64,000 bases of DNA, taken from the NCBI GenBank assembly GCA_964347045.1, contig CAYFXC010000009.1:58267-122266 (forward strand), read 5' to 3'. Positions 63,879 through 64,000 of the stretch are shown here, in pieces. The DNA is from an uncultured archaeon (lineage in GTDB: Archaea; Asgardarchaeota; Hermodarchaeia; Hermodarchaeales; Hermodarchaeaceae). The notes under the pieces were generated by a model. That model searched no databases and had not been told where the DNA came from. It worked only from the letters and a program-made list of their open reading frames with translations. The translations under genes and the position numbers were made by a program. The first letter of the stretch is position 1. Every line of letters starts with the position of its first letter.

Positions 63879-64000
63879 GTGTGCGAATCAAATTGTGATG
63901 TGTGCAACAAGGGCATTCCAATCGAACAAGGCTATACTCTGAGTGGGCCCAGTGGTGAGATTCTCCGTACTTATTGTTCTCCTGAGTGCCTGAATACAGG
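63879..64000 (+). CDS. Partial small zinc-finger (TRASH-like) protein (not in ORF track)
   Basis: GGAGGTGA SD overlapping the integrase stop; GTG start gives MCESNCDVCNKGIP...TYCSPECLN, open to the window end. Confidence 0.65.
   Translation, partial: MCESNCDVCNKGIPIEQGYTLSGPSGEILRTYCSPECLNT

Larger units (their letters stand above)
62821..64000 (+). mobile_element. Probable left end of an integrated element (provirus/plasmid), truncated by the window
   Basis: Integrase plus a coupled small zinc-finger ORF; visibly more G+C/CpG-rich than the flanking genes; boundary not defined. Confidence 0.5.

Noticed and set aside
1-64000. rRNA, tRNA, CRISPR array, transposase
   Set aside because: None recognised by eye. 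Short or intron-split RNAs could be missed without tRNAscan-SE or Infernal.

Overview
64 kb of gene-dense archaeal chromosome, most likely from an Asgard archaeon. Support: three Ras-superfamily small GTPases (one longin-fused Arf-like, two Rab-like), archaeal FEN1, endonuclease IV and DUF99, GGTGA/GGAGG ribosome-binding sites and TATA-like promoters. Content is mostly heterotrophic peptide and amino-acid scavenging (DppBCDF, a pyrolysin-like S8 protease, an M6 metalloprotease, 5-oxoprolinase/hydantoinase A/B, an aminotransferase, 3-hydroxyacyl-CoA dehydrogenase), plus DNA repair, regulators and the start of an integrase-led element at the right edge. I found no rRNA, tRNA or CRISPR array. The best candidate for an undescribed system is a tightly coupled minus-strand operon (41079-32898): ABC-2 permease, ABC ATPase with an unknown N-terminal domain, a 1462-aa membrane-anchored protein and a second ABC ATPase, followed by a Rab-like GTPase with a non-canonical G3 motif. 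The 1462-aa protein has the architecture of eukaryotic Site-1 protease (S8 + GldG/IFT52-type GIFT domain + TM + cytosolic tail), but its catalytic Ser is replaced by Ala. Other highlights: a 1620-aa tail-anchored protein with an alpha-SNAP-like N-terminal solenoid; a ~1 kb micro-ORF cassette flanked by 44-bp direct repeats; a stand-alone C-terminal piece of a [NiFe]-hydrogenase large subunit; a degenerate PGK; and a DppC with nested extracellular domains. All family calls come from motif recognition by eye; no database searches were run.
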